Part shown: positions 1 to 9,795 of the stretch, piece by piece
How the letters are laid out: each line of letters opens with the position of its first letter
How positions within the stretch are numbered: the first letter of the stretch is position 1
Assembly: GCA_038890875.1 (NCBI GenBank)
Contig: JAWAFA010000001.1
Location: forward strand, 258,617-322,616
From: Candidatus Pacearchaeota archaeon
GTDB taxonomy: Archaea > Nanobdellota > Nanobdellia > Pacearchaeales > JAPDKA01
Length of the DNA stretch: 64,000 nucleotides
Direction of reading: 5' to 3'
Notes under the pieces: model-generated
Seen by the model: the letters and a program-made list of their open reading frames with translations, nothing else
What the model was told of the DNA's origin: nothing
The model's database searches: none
Position numbers and translations under genes: made by a program

Positions 1-7
1 TGATTAT

Positions 8-1945
8 GTGCCGCCAGGAAATGCAGAAAATGGAAGAGTCGGCTCAAGTCATCACGCTTTTTATTGTAGAGATGGCAATATTGAAGAAGTTAGTGTCGGA
101 GAATTAGTTACGAGAGGCAAAATATGTACTCAAACTGGTGAATTTATTAAACTATCAATAAATTTCTACAACGAATGTCTTAAATTAAACACTGAAGACG
201 AATGCAATAACTTTCGACCAAGCGGCCTTAGTATATGTAACTGGAGCGGTATAGGTTGCATTCCTAAATATCCTTATGGCGGCGCTGATTGTTCTTTAGC
301 TGATAATACAACAATAGTTTCTATTAATAATTGTAACATCAATAATTATCAGCAAAATTTTACTGAATGTATTAAGAATCAAAATTTAGAGTGGATTAAC
401 AAACAAATTCAAAGATGCTCAGCAATTGGTGATTGTGGCAACAGTGCTCATTTTTTAAATGAAATCAAAATTGAACCAGGTTATAGTTTTATAGCATCTC
501 CTTTAAATGAAACACACGCATTACTTATGTTTAGATGTGAGAAAGTCGTTAGTAGCTATGATATTTCTGGTAGTAATTGTGAAAAGTGCAACAACTCAGC
601 ATATTTTGGTTATAATCGAATATGCTCTCAATATGAGTGTGAAAGCCTTGGAAGTAACTGTATATCTGATCAGGATCAATGCAAAGCAAATTATGACTTT
701 ACTCCTATAGAATTAAATGAGTTTACTGTAAGAACAAATCAAGTAGAATGCTCAGCTATAAAGCCAAATATTACCACAACAGGAAAAATAGAATGTGTAA
801 CATCAAGTAAATGTATTCCTCCACAAATACCCTTAACATTAGCCTACAGTACAAATAAAGAAACAATATGTAAAATAGCTATTTATCCAAAAGGTCAAAG
901 TTTAACTGTTGACTGGCTTAACATGACAAATGCAGATAATACTGGAAATGTATTTAGTAAGCGGCATAAATGGGATATCCCTTCTTTTATTTTTCCATTA
1001 ATTAATCCAAGTACAACCTTTGAAGCAACAGCTTATCTTGTTTGCAAGGATAAGTTCAATTTAACTCAAACCTATAAAGCTGAGTTTTGTATAGCGAATC
1101 AAGATGTGGTAGCGCCAATAATAACCTCCTCTATTGAAAATGGAGCCAGGCTTCTTCCAGGAAATCAAAAGATGAAAATATATGTAAATGAACCAATAAA
1201 AGAATGTACATATAGCTATGGTTCAAAATCAGAAACATTGCAGCAATCAAGCTTTTCTCTTGATGCTTTAGGAAGATGGACAACTGAGGTAAACTTTGAA
1301 ATGTTAACTACACCATTAACATTTTCAATTGCATGTACTGATCTTAGTAATAATCAAGGCTCTTTAAGCCTGAACTTAATCCCAGCTTTAGGCAGTTTCA
1401 ATTTAGAAATAAAATCCCCTATTAACAATAGTGCAATCGTTGGTTGTGGAGACATGGTATCTGTTAACCTAAAAGTTGTAACCAGTGGTGATGCTGGAGA
1501 TGGAAAAGGAAATAGTAACTGCTATTATTCAAGTGATAATACAAATTGGGATATTATTCCTCCTTCTTCAAGTAATGAACATGAAATACAACTTTTACTT
1601 GGTACAGGAGATTATACTTATTATGTTAAATGCAATGATGCATATGGCCAAGGTCTTACAGCTTCAAGTACTGTGAACTTCAATGTTAATACAAACAAAA
1701 GAGGCCCACTTGTTACAAGAATTTATAAAGAAGGCGATGAGCTTGTGCTGCATACAGATAAGGTTGGTAGCTGTTATAAGCTAAGTTACTGTGAACAGCC
1801 AATTACTTCTTTTATTACCAAGCTGACAGAAAAAGCACAGAATATATTTAGTCTACCATGGCAACTCATTCCTTTAAATATAAGGTGTATTGATAATTGT
1901 AATAATAAAGGTGAATGTATCGTAATAAATCCACTTGAAATTTAA
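8..1945 (+). CDS. Cys-rich, NxS/T-sequon-rich secreted/surface protein. Probably 5'-partial: the reading frame is open to the window edge and no signal peptide is seen.
   Basis: 645-aa ORF with very high Cys/Asn/Thr content and many N-x-S/T sequons. No stop upstream in frame. Overlaps the next surface-protein gene by 11 nt. Confidence 0.5.
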   Translation: MPPGNAENGRVGSSHHAFYCRDGNIEEVSVGELVTRGKICTQTGEFIKLSINFYNECLKLNTEDECNNFRPSGLSICNWSGIGCIPKYPYGGADCSLADNTTIVSINNCNINNYQQNFTECIKNQNLEWINKQIQRCSAIGDCGNSAHFLNEIKIEPGYSFIASPLNETHALLMFRCEKVVSSYDISGSNCEKCNNSAYFGYNRICSQYECESLGSNCISDQDQCKANYDFTPIELNEFTVRTNQVECSAIKPNITTTGKIECVTSSKCIPPQIPLTLAYSTNKETICKIAIYPKGQSLTVDWLNMTNADNTGNVFSKRHKWDIPSFIFPLINPSTTFEATAYLVCKDKFNLTQTYKAEFCIANQDVVAPIITSSIENGARLLPGNQKMKIYVNEPIKECTYSYGSKSETLQQSSFSLDALGRWTTEVNFEMLTTPLTFSIACTDLSNNQGSLSLNLIPALGSFNLEIKSPINNSAIVGCGDMVSVNLKVVTSGDAGDGKGNSNCYYSSDNTNWDIIPPSSSNEHEIQLLLGTGDYTYYVKCNDAYGQGLTASSTVNFNVNTNKRGPLVTRIYKEGDELVLHTDKVGSCYKLSYCEQPITSFITKLTEKAQNIFSLPWQLIPLNIRCIDNCNNKGECIVINPLEI

Positions 1946-4172
1946 AATGAAAAAACAAAATTTAATCTTGTTTATTTTTTTCACCTTTATTTTAATTACT
2001 CCACTAATCTTAAGTCAAACAGAAGAGATAACTAAAATAAAAAAAGCCTATTCTTGGCTCAGAACAGAAGGAATAGAAAAATTTAACACTCTTACAGAAA
2101 AGCAGGCCTCTTTTACTATCTTTGCTTTAAAGGAAAAATTGACTGTTGATAAAGCAAGACTTATGCACAAAATATTGCTTGAAAAAAGTTATGACAATGG
2201 GACTTGCTGGCCAGGACCAAATGAAAATGATTGTAATGCTTTAACAACTGCTATCGTAAAACTTGCTCTTGATTCTCTTAGTAAAGATACAAGTAAGGCA
2301 AGTGCTTGGCTTCTAAAGAACTCTTTTTCAGTCCAAACAATCAATATTAAATCTTTTTTACAGGTCATTCCTATCACAGCTGAAACGATAAACTGTCAAA
2401 TAAAAACAAATACATCAACAGGGATAGTTAGTTTTAGCGCTGAAGGATTGGTTAATTCAATTGATAGCGAATTGACTTCATGTTTTGCTAGTACAATTTA
2501 TTCACTTCAACTTAATCAAAGTTGCTTAAATGATATTTTTAGAATAACATGTGACAAAGATGTAAAAGTTAATTTTATTTATAAGAAAAGTGAAGGACAA
2601 GAATGGTATGTGACCAATAAACTAGATTTTGTTAGTGCAATGCAAGAAAAAGAAATACAGCCCTTGAAAGCACTATGCATAGCCAAAGGACAAGTATGTG
2701 ATTATGAAGCTAGTTTATGGGCAGCCATTGCTTTTAAAAATTCTAATCTAAGTGTTGCCAAAAGCTTTCTCCTTTATCTTATTTCAGAAGCCTCAGTTAA
2801 TGAGCAGTACTTACCAGAAGCATTTTTGTATGCTTTAACTAATGCAAGTGATTATACTAATCAAGTTATCAAACTGCAAAGGTTTGATGGACTTTTTGTT
2901 GCCCCTAACACAGCTTATAACGAATATTACGATACTGGACTCGCAGGAGTAATGGGAAGTTTGAATAAATTAAATTTAACTGTAACAAAATCAACCTTGC
3001 TCAACAATCAAACGAGAGAAGGATTTTGGAGCGCAAGCAATAATGTTGATGCTATCAGAGATACTGCCCTGATTCTAGCAGGAATATGGCCTACTTTTAC
3101 AGGAGTTTCAACTTGCGAACAGCAAGGCTACAGCTGTGTTCAAAATTGTAGCGCAATTAATGGAGCATTAGTTGCATTATCTTGCTATACGGGAGAATGT
3201 TGCAATATAAATAGTATTGAAGGAGCTTGTGAGCTTAAGGCAGGGAACTGTACTGATACCACTACATGCCCTTCAAACACAACTCAGGTTCCTTATGCTT
3301 GTTCCCAAGGAAAATGCTGCAAACAAATAACTAAGTCCCTATGTGCAGCAGAAATTAATGGAACAATCTGTCAACCTAATCAAAAATGTTTGGTGAATGG
3401 TACTATTGTTCCTTTTATTAGCTCAAGTGATAGTGCTTACTGCTGTATTGGAAATTGTATAAGTTCAACAAAAGCATGTGCTGAACAAGGAGGTGAAATA
3501 TGCGACCCACAGCAAAAATCATGTCAAAATAAATGGTTATTTGCAAGTGATACGAGCTATTGTTGCCAGCAAGGTTTTTGCGCAGATGTTTTATTGACTT
3601 GCCAACAAATGGGAGGAGTAATATGCGAGGCAGATCAAGATTGTAAAGGAGGTTATCTTGTTACAGCGAGCAATACTGCTGGTAAGGCAACTTGTTGTGT
3701 TCAAGGAGGGACTTGCCTAAAGAAGACTTGTGAGCACAATAAATGTGAATCAGATGAAACTTGCAATGGAAATTCTTATGAGACAAGCGATGCTTTAAAG
3801 TGTTGTGAAGGTAATTGTGAAAAGCCATGCTCTTCTTTAGGTGGTAATGTTTGCCCCGAAAATTATAAATGTAAGGGGGAAGTCCTAAATTCTTCAGACA
3901 CAACATCATGTTGCATTGGTGATTGTGTTGAAAAGAAAGGCCTTCCATTCTTTATTATAATCATTTTGATTATTGTGATCATTTTCATAATTTTATTCTT
4001 TTTAATAAAGAAAGGTTATATTTCTAAATTAAAATCTAAATTTAAAAAGAAGCCTACTGCCCCTTCAGTACCAACATTAAAAACAATGCCAACGTTGACA
4101 AAAACAACTAGGCTAGCCTCTAAACCTATGCCGCCAACCCAACCAATTCAACCAAGACAAATCCAAAAATGA
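1935..4172 (+). CDS. Surface-anchored cysteine-rich repeat protein. It has a signal peptide, tandem CC-motif modules, a C-terminal TM helix and a basic/Pro-Thr cytoplasmic tail.
   Basis: N-terminal hydrophobic signal (LILFIFFTFILITPLILS). At least six ~35-40 aa repeats carry the CC motif (YCCIGNC, YCCQQGFC, TCCVQGGTC, KCCEGNC, SCCIGDC). The C-terminus has FFIIIILIIVIIFIILFFLI followed by KKGY... and a PT-rich tail. Confidence 0.6.
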   Translation: MKFKMKKQNLILFIFFTFILITPLILSQTEEITKIKKAYSWLRTEGIEKFNTLTEKQASFTIFALKEKLTVDKARLMHKILLEKSYDNGTCWPGPNENDCNALTTAIVKLALDSLSKDTSKASAWLLKNSFSVQTINIKSFLQVIPITAETINCQIKTNTSTGIVSFSAEGLVNSIDSELTSCFASTIYSLQLNQSCLNDIFRITCDKDVKVNFIYKKSEGQEWYVTNKLDFVSAMQEKEIQPLKALCIAKGQVCDYEASLWAAIAFKNSNLSVAKSFLLYLISEASVNEQYLPEAFLYALTNASDYTNQVIKLQRFDGLFVAPNTAYNEYYDTGLAGVMGSLNKLNLTVTKSTLLNNQTREGFWSASNNVDAIRDTALILAGIWPTFTGVSTCEQQGYSCVQNCSAINGALVALSCYTGECCNINSIEGACELKAGNCTDTTTCPSNTTQVPYACSQGKCCKQITKSLCAAEINGTICQPNQKCLVNGTIVPFISSSDSAYCCIGNCISSTKACAEQGGEICDPQQKSCQNKWLFASDTSYCCQQGFCADVLLTCQQMGGVICEADQDCKGGYLVTASNTAGKATCCVQGGTCLKKTCEHNKCESDETCNGNSYETSDALKCCEGNCEKPCSSLGGNVCPENYKCKGEVLNSSDTTSCCIGDCVEKKGLPFFIIIILIIVIIFIILFFLIKKGYISKLKSKFKKKPTAPSVPTLKTMPTLTKTTRLASKPMPPTQPIQPRQIQK

Positions 4173-4708
4173 TTATTAATGCAAAAAAACAAAAAAAAGC
4201 AAAAAAAGCATTTGAGCTTAGTTTTACTTTTCTCTTTTCTTTAATTTTAATTGCTGTTTTTATTTTTGTAGCAATATGGGCAATAAAAAATTTTCTAGAG
4301 TTAAAAGATTCAACAATGATAAGAACATCAATAAATGATATAAATACGGTTGTTATTGAAGTCTGGCAAGCAGAAGAAGCTCAAAGAATAGAAACCTTTA
4401 TATTTCCGACAACAGTCACACAAATTTGTTTTGCCAATTTATCCGAACTAATAACAACAACATCAACAGACTTAACATCAACAGACTTAGATCCCTATAA
4501 ATCATTATACAAAAACACTGACAAAAATCTTTTTGTTTTGCCATTTAAGCTACGCAATAAATACAACTTAGAAGGTGCCTATGCTATAAAATGTGGAGAG
4601 GTAAATTGTTTAAATTTTACAAATCCAACTTGTTTTAATGTTGTTAAGGGAAAGGTAACTCTAACATTTGTAGGAATGCCTGAAGGTAAGGTTAGGATAA
4701 GCAAATAA
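4169..4708 (+). CDS. Pilin-like protein with an archaeal class III (type IV prepilin-like) signal peptide.
   Basis: N-terminus is MIINAKKQKKAKKA/FELSFTFLFSLILIAVFIFVAIW: a Lys-rich n-region, then K-K-A, then a long hydrophobic stretch. Start overlaps the stop of the upstream gene (ATGA). Confidence 0.45.
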   Translation: MIINAKKQKKAKKAFELSFTFLFSLILIAVFIFVAIWAIKNFLELKDSTMIRTSINDINTVVIEVWQAEEAQRIETFIFPTTVTQICFANLSELITTTSTDLTSTDLDPYKSLYKNTDKNLFVLPFKLRNKYNLEGAYAIKCGEVNCLNFTNPTCFNVVKGKVTLTFVGMPEGKVRISK

Positions 4709-4709
4709 T

Positions 4710-5102
4710 CTAAAATAATACCTTGTTATTTATAATAAAGTGCTCTACTTCTATTTGTTTGTTTTTAAATTCTCCTTTTATAATAGTTTTGATATCCTTA
4801 TTTTTATCATAATCATACATTACATATGCATCAGTAACTTGATCAATTATCTCTGAAGTTAGTTGAGAAGGCTTAGCGGTCCCATAAACAACTAAAGAAT
4901 ATAAGCTATAGGGCTCGCCTTTCCAGCATTCAAATCTTAGCTCTTTGCTACCTGAAACAAAGCAAATATTAGTAGTAACTTCAATTTTTTTTCCTTCATA
5001 TCTTTTAGGATTTTTTACGAGATCTTCGATAGAGACCTCTTTATAATTGCAAGAGGAAAAAGTTAAAAGAGCTAAAGCAGCTAAGATATTTTTTATTTTC
5101 AT
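4710..5102 (-). CDS. Small secreted lipoprotein-like protein.
   Basis: Signal peptide with a lipobox-like FSSC motif (MKIKNILAALALLTFSSCNYK). 130 aa, no recognisable catalytic motif. Confidence 0.4.
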   Translation of the reverse strand: MKIKNILAALALLTFSSCNYKEVSIEDLVKNPKRYEGKKIEVTTNICFVSGSKELRFECWKGEPYSLYSLVVYGTAKPSQLTSEIIDQVTDAYVMYDYDKNKDIKTIIKGEFKNKQIEVEHFIINNKVLF

Positions 5103-5185
5103 TTTAATTTTTTATTTTCATTTTAATTTTGTTTTCATTAATATAAAAGTTTTAAACTTAATAATCCTTTATAAATTTAATTAAT

Positions 5186-6136
5186 ATGAAAAATAAAAAA
5201 AGAGGTAAAAAAGAAAAAGGTATAAAGGCGCAGCTGCCGGCTTTTGCCTGGATATTTAGTATTATTATCGGCGCCGTTATCTTGTTTTTCGCATTTTTCT
5301 TTGTTACTCAATACGGCAAGCAAGTTGCCGAGCCAACGAGGGCTGCAGGCATAGAAAGCGGGATAGCGATTTTACTTGAACCATTTGCCGCAGTTGGCTC
5401 TCTTGTTGAAGCTCAAGGAAGCATTCTTGAATTTCCGGCAGGAAGCTATATAGAATTTGGTTGTAATATTGATAATGATTACAGTGAAATAAAGGCAAGA
5501 AATATTAAAGAAAAAACTTTTTCATTAACAAAAAAAGTCTATGATAAGTATCTCTTCAGTCAACCGATAACAACAAGGAACAAGGCAAAGCTTTTTGCTT
5601 TTTCTATGCCAATCAAAGAACCTTTTTACATTGCAACTCCGATTGTGATCGTTAATGGCAAATATTGCTTTAGCTCATTGCCATTACAATACAAAAACAC
5701 TTTAGAAAAAATTTCAGAAAAGATAAATGAGACAGATTCTGCTTTTAACTTTACAAGTTGTCCTTCAGGTTATATACAGGTTAATATTGATTGGTGTGAT
5801 TCAGCTTGTAATTATGGGTATATAGGAAAAAAATATTGGTTTGGTGATTTAATATTTCCTGCAATTTTTTCAGATGAATTAACATATAATTGTAATCTTG
5901 ATAGAATGTTGGAAAGGGAAAAAGTTCTTATATCCATTTATAAAAAGAAAGTAGAAAACTTAGGAAATAAAGGATGCCCTACAGCAGGGATGTCATCAGC
6001 TTTAGATAATTTTAAAACACAGGTTGATAATTTTCAAAAAAATAAAAATATCAACAATCTTGCATCTCTTTATAATTCAATTAAGCAAATAGAAAATTTA
6101 AATGCAGGCCTTCCGTCTGATTGTAAAATAATATGA
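5186..6136 (+). CDS. Pilin-like / class III signal peptide protein (large pilin or pilus-associated adhesin).
   Basis: N-terminus MKNKKRGKKEKGIKAQ/LPAFAWIFSIIIGAVILFFAFFFV. The rest of the protein is Cys-containing and extracellular-like. Confidence 0.45.
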   Translation: MKNKKRGKKEKGIKAQLPAFAWIFSIIIGAVILFFAFFFVTQYGKQVAEPTRAAGIESGIAILLEPFAAVGSLVEAQGSILEFPAGSYIEFGCNIDNDYSEIKARNIKEKTFSLTKKVYDKYLFSQPITTRNKAKLFAFSMPIKEPFYIATPIVIVNGKYCFSSLPLQYKNTLEKISEKINETDSAFNFTSCPSGYIQVNIDWCDSACNYGYIGKKYWFGDLIFPAIFSDELTYNCNLDRMLEREKVLISIYKKKVENLGNKGCPTAGMSSALDNFKTQVDNFQKNKNINNLASLYNSIKQIENLNAGLPSDCKII

Positions 6137-6675
6137 TTAAAAAGACAGAAAGCAAAGTTAAACAAGCACAAATCCAGTTTCAAGAAATGGCTTTTGTATT
6201 AGTTGGACTAATTCTTTTTTTTGCTTTGCTTCTAACTTTTTTCAGCATTTTTCAATCAGCAAAAATAAAGCAATTAGCAACAGAAACAAGAAGAGAGGAA
6301 ACTATTGCAAAACTCGAAAGTATTGCTAATATGCCAGAATTTTCTTGCAGGGAAGCTTTTTGCATTGATGAAGAGAAATTGATAGGTTTTCTAAATCTAC
6401 CATTGCAGCAACAAGAAAAATATTTTGAGGCCTGGGAAAAATCAAATTTAATCTTAATAAAAGTTGAAAGGATTTGGCCTGAAAAAAGTGGGAAATGTAA
6501 TGAACAAAATGTTGGCGAGTGCAAGTTTTATGAAATTTTTAATAAAACAATAGGTAAGAACTATGAAGCACATTCAACTTTTATGCCACTATGCTACTAT
6601 TCATCAACACAATGGTACCAAGGATATAGATGCGATATAGGTAAAATTATCGTTGGGTTTGAAATAGCAAAATGA
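6133..6675 (+). CDS. Pilin-like protein with a class III signal peptide.
   Basis: N-terminus ...KVKQAQ/IQFQEMAFVLVGLILFFALLLTFF. Overlapping start/stop with both neighbours (ATGA), which suggests an operon. Confidence 0.45.
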   Translation: MIKKTESKVKQAQIQFQEMAFVLVGLILFFALLLTFFSIFQSAKIKQLATETRREETIAKLESIANMPEFSCREAFCIDEEKLIGFLNLPLQQQEKYFEAWEKSNLILIKVERIWPEKSGKCNEQNVGECKFYEIFNKTIGKNYEAHSTFMPLCYYSSTQWYQGYRCDIGKIIVGFEIAK

Positions 6676-7184
6676 AAGCTAAAACAAAAAAAGCGCAACA
6701 AGAGATTTTTGGTTTCGTAATAATCATTTTACTAGTTATTGTAATTGGTATAATTATTTTAACATTTTCTTTGCAACGAAGCTTAAGAAAGCCAACATTT
6801 GTTATCGATGTAAAAGTAAATGATTTGTTAAATGCTGTAATGCATTATACAACCGGATGCAAAAATAAGAAGATCAGTGAAATAATAGGAATAGTGGTAG
6901 TAAATAGTAATGAAAAATGTGATGGCGAGAATGCAAAAACTTATCTTGAAAATATTCTTAAAAATATTTTAAATGCAAGTTTTCCTGGTTTGGAATATGG
7001 TTATTTGAATGGTTATAATCTAACTATTTTTACCCAACCGCTAATTTCAATTACATCTGGTAAGCTGGAAGGAAATGTTGTTGTCGGTTCTTATATAATC
7101 CCTGTTTTTACAGAAGGTCAAGCAAGCAATATTGAAGCTAGGCTTTATCTTTATTATAGTGGCAAAAAGAGTGAAAAAGCTTAA
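6672..7184 (+). CDS. Pilin-like protein with a class III signal peptide.
   Basis: N-terminus MKAKTKKAQ/QEIFGFVIIILLVIVIGIIIL. This is the classic K-K-A-Q followed by a hydrophobic helix. Confidence 0.5.
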   Translation: MKAKTKKAQQEIFGFVIIILLVIVIGIIILTFSLQRSLRKPTFVIDVKVNDLLNAVMHYTTGCKNKKISEIIGIVVVNSNEKCDGENAKTYLENILKNILNASFPGLEYGYLNGYNLTIFTQPLISITSGKLEGNVVVGSYIIPVFTEGQASNIEARLYLYYSGKKSEKA

Positions 7185-7186
7185 TA

Positions 7187-8110
7187 TCAAATGTCGAATA
7201 TGTTTGTTAAAATTATTGGTTTTTCTTTAATTATAATTGTTGTTTCGGCCTGGCTCACTTTTGCTCCTGTTTTTTCGACGAGCTCTGGATAATTATAAAC
7301 CAGGCCTTGGCTCTCGAAAAGCTTTAGCGCAATACTTGCGTTTTCAAACTTAAGCCATCGCTGCGAGAAGGGAAAACTGTTAAAATTTTTGTTTATCCAT
7401 TCATAAATCTCTCGATGTGTCCGTGGCTTTTGGAGTTTTTTTAAAATCCAAATTGCGCTAGGTTTTCCATTAACAACCGAGCCACTTGCATTTGGCAATG
7501 TTACAAATGGCTCAATCGCAATTACATCATTTTCTTCTAACTTTGTTTTATCATTATTGTTATAGTTAGGGATTGTTTTTCCTCCATGTAGGCTTGTTTT
7601 ACTTATTTCATGTCCTGTAAGATTGTATATTGGTCTAAACCCAAACTCATTAATTTTTTCTTCTATAGCTTTACCAATTTCACAAACTTCAACTTCAGGC
7701 TTTGCAACTTGTAACGCGGCCTTTAAAGCTTCCTTAGCAGTTTTTATTAGCTCTTTATTTTTCTCAGAACCTTCAAGATCAAGGCTTATAGCCGCATCAG
7801 CAATACAATCGTTAACTCTAACTCCTATATCAACTTTTAATAAACCTGAAGCTACGGTTGTATCATTTGTAAATGGGCTATAATGAGCAGCTATTTCATT
7901 AATACTTAAATTTGGTGGGAATGCAAGCGCAGCACGAATGGCACGGCTCTTTTCAATAAAGTTCTCAAGCTGTTCAGCTATCTTAAGAAGTAAGACTTCT
8001 TTTTTACAAATTTTCTTCGCTAAGCTTAAAGTTTGCTCAAGTAGCTTACCAGCAGTTTTATAATCTTTGATTTCACCTTTTCCCTCAACTTTTCCCTCAA
8101 CTTTTCCCAT
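7187..8110 (-). CDS. map: Methionine aminopeptidase, type 2 (archaeal).
   Basis: Pita-bread fold signature regions (…IAAHYSPF…, VDIGVRVNDCIADAA…, HGGKTIPNY). Length 307 aa is typical of archaeal MetAP2. Confidence 0.7.
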   Translation of the reverse strand: MGKVEGKVEGKGEIKDYKTAGKLLEQTLSLAKKICKKEVLLLKIAEQLENFIEKSRAIRAALAFPPNLSINEIAAHYSPFTNDTTVASGLLKVDIGVRVNDCIADAAISLDLEGSEKNKELIKTAKEALKAALQVAKPEVEVCEIGKAIEEKINEFGFRPIYNLTGHEISKTSLHGGKTIPNYNNNDKTKLEENDVIAIEPFVTLPNASGSVVNGKPSAIWILKKLQKPRTHREIYEWINKNFNSFPFSQRWLKFENASIALKLFESQGLVYNYPELVEKTGAKVSQAETTIIIKEKPIILTNIFDI

Positions 8111-8115
8111 AAATT

Positions 8116-9795
8116 TTATCTTTTGCGCTTTATTTTATATACCATTCTTACAATTTTGTAAATTATAATTGCAATAAAAATAGCTGTTAAAATTAACGTT
8201 GAATAGAAAATTTTTTGATAGGCATAAGGATAAACAGCCGGTTTTTCTGTTGGCAATACTTTTAAAATGAATGGAATCTCTTTAATTTCAATAGGGATTT
8301 TTTTATAAACAATCCTTGTATCATTAGCAATTATTCTTATCCAAAAGTCGTATGTTCCTTTTTTTATCTCTTTTTCACTACTAACATTTATTATTGTTTT
8401 TAACAAATTCTTTTTTTCTAAAAACTTCTTACTTACTACTTCCTGGCTTAGATTAAATAAACTTTCATTATCTCTTGGTTTTTCTATTAAAATTAATAAA
8501 TTCTGAAGATCTTGAAGAGGAACAAAATCAATTTCAATTTCAAATTGCTCTCCTTGGTAAATTTTTTTTGGAGCAAGTATGGTAAGTTCGTAACCTTCAA
8601 TCGCCACAGCCTCTTTAATTTCACAAGCTTTTATAACTTTCCGACCTAGAAAATAGGAGGGGCATTCGCAATAAATAAAAGAACTTTCCTGCCACCCACT
8701 GCATGCCCCGCTAATATCACAACTTCGAACAGCCCATTTTACTAACCGTGTTTCATTGAAAACAAGAATTTTCGGACTAGTTACATTACTTTCTATTACC
8801 CCCTCTAATTTAAATTCATCATAACAGGCCTGGCCTTCACTATCAAAATTTGCCGATTGCCATTCAAATCTTACCTCTTCGTTGCATACATTTTGTATTA
8901 CTGTTAAATTTGGTTTTGGGCAAGGCAAATTTTGTACACTGAAAGTATCAGTTGCCCAATCACTACATTGCCAAAAATCACAAGCACGAACTTTCCATTC
9001 ATGTAAGCCAAAGCTGAGTCCTTCAACAAGTTGAGGACTGGTTACATTTTCTCTAAGCTCAGAATCAATCATAAAGTCATAGCTTATAGGATCATTATCA
9101 GAGTCACTTGAATTTTGCCATTGTAACAGAACTGTATTATTGTTAGTATTTTGTTGGTCAATCAAAACAGGGGTAGTTGGTATAGAATTTAAAATTGTAA
9201 AGTTATCATAAGCGTCATCAGAACAGCATTGTGTATTGCAAGTCTTTACTTTCCATTCATGAAAACCTATAGCAAGATTGATTCTTGTTGCAGGACTTGT
9301 TATATTTTGCCAAATTCCATCTAGATAAAACATATCATAAGTTGGCAAGCCATTAGGATCTATTCCAGATGTCCAAGCAAAAGTAACATTATATGTTTTA
9401 TTCATAGGATGAAAATTGTTGACAGGTTGTAAAATAGGTACTGAAGGAGCCTCGCATAATGTTAAATTCAAACTTAAAACACCATATTCGTCCGCTTGCC
9501 CGATACCTCTTGCATAAAAGTTTCCTTTTTTGGCTTCAACCTCCCCATAGCTGTAAGGTTCGAGTGCAAGATTAGCTACAATATAATAACCATTATCTTG
9601 AGTCAACGTCTGTCGATTGCAATATTGTGAAGGTGCGGTACAGTTTATTATTAAAATATTAACAATTGCATTACTAGCATTAGTTCCATTAGAATAAAAA
9701 ACAAATCCATCAGCAACTCCGAGATAGATTTGTGCTTTTGCATTAATTAAGAGAATAAAAAAAGCTAAAATAGCAGCCAAAACTTCCTTTCTCAT
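8116..9795 (-). CDS. Surface protein with a signal peptide, repeated W/C-rich ~90-aa modules and a C-terminal TM anchor.
   Basis: N-terminal signal (AAILAFFILLINAKAQ). Repeated motifs HEWKVKTCNTQCCSD / HEWKVRACDFWQCSDW / VKWAVRSCDISGACSGW. C-terminal TM (LILTAIFIAIIIYKIV) plus a basic tail. Many NxS/T sequons. Confidence 0.5.
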   Translation of the reverse strand: MRKEVLAAILAFFILLINAKAQIYLGVADGFVFYSNGTNASNAIVNILIINCTAPSQYCNRQTLTQDNGYYIVANLALEPYSYGEVEAKKGNFYARGIGQADEYGVLSLNLTLCEAPSVPILQPVNNFHPMNKTYNVTFAWTSGIDPNGLPTYDMFYLDGIWQNITSPATRINLAIGFHEWKVKTCNTQCCSDDAYDNFTILNSIPTTPVLIDQQNTNNNTVLLQWQNSSDSDNDPISYDFMIDSELRENVTSPQLVEGLSFGLHEWKVRACDFWQCSDWATDTFSVQNLPCPKPNLTVIQNVCNEEVRFEWQSANFDSEGQACYDEFKLEGVIESNVTSPKILVFNETRLVKWAVRSCDISGACSGWQESSFIYCECPSYFLGRKVIKACEIKEAVAIEGYELTILAPKKIYQGEQFEIEIDFVPLQDLQNLLILIEKPRDNESLFNLSQEVVSKKFLEKKNLLKTIINVSSEKEIKKGTYDFWIRIIANDTRIVYKKIPIEIKEIPFILKVLPTEKPAVYPYAYQKIFYSTLILTAIFIAIIIYKIVRMVYKIKRKR

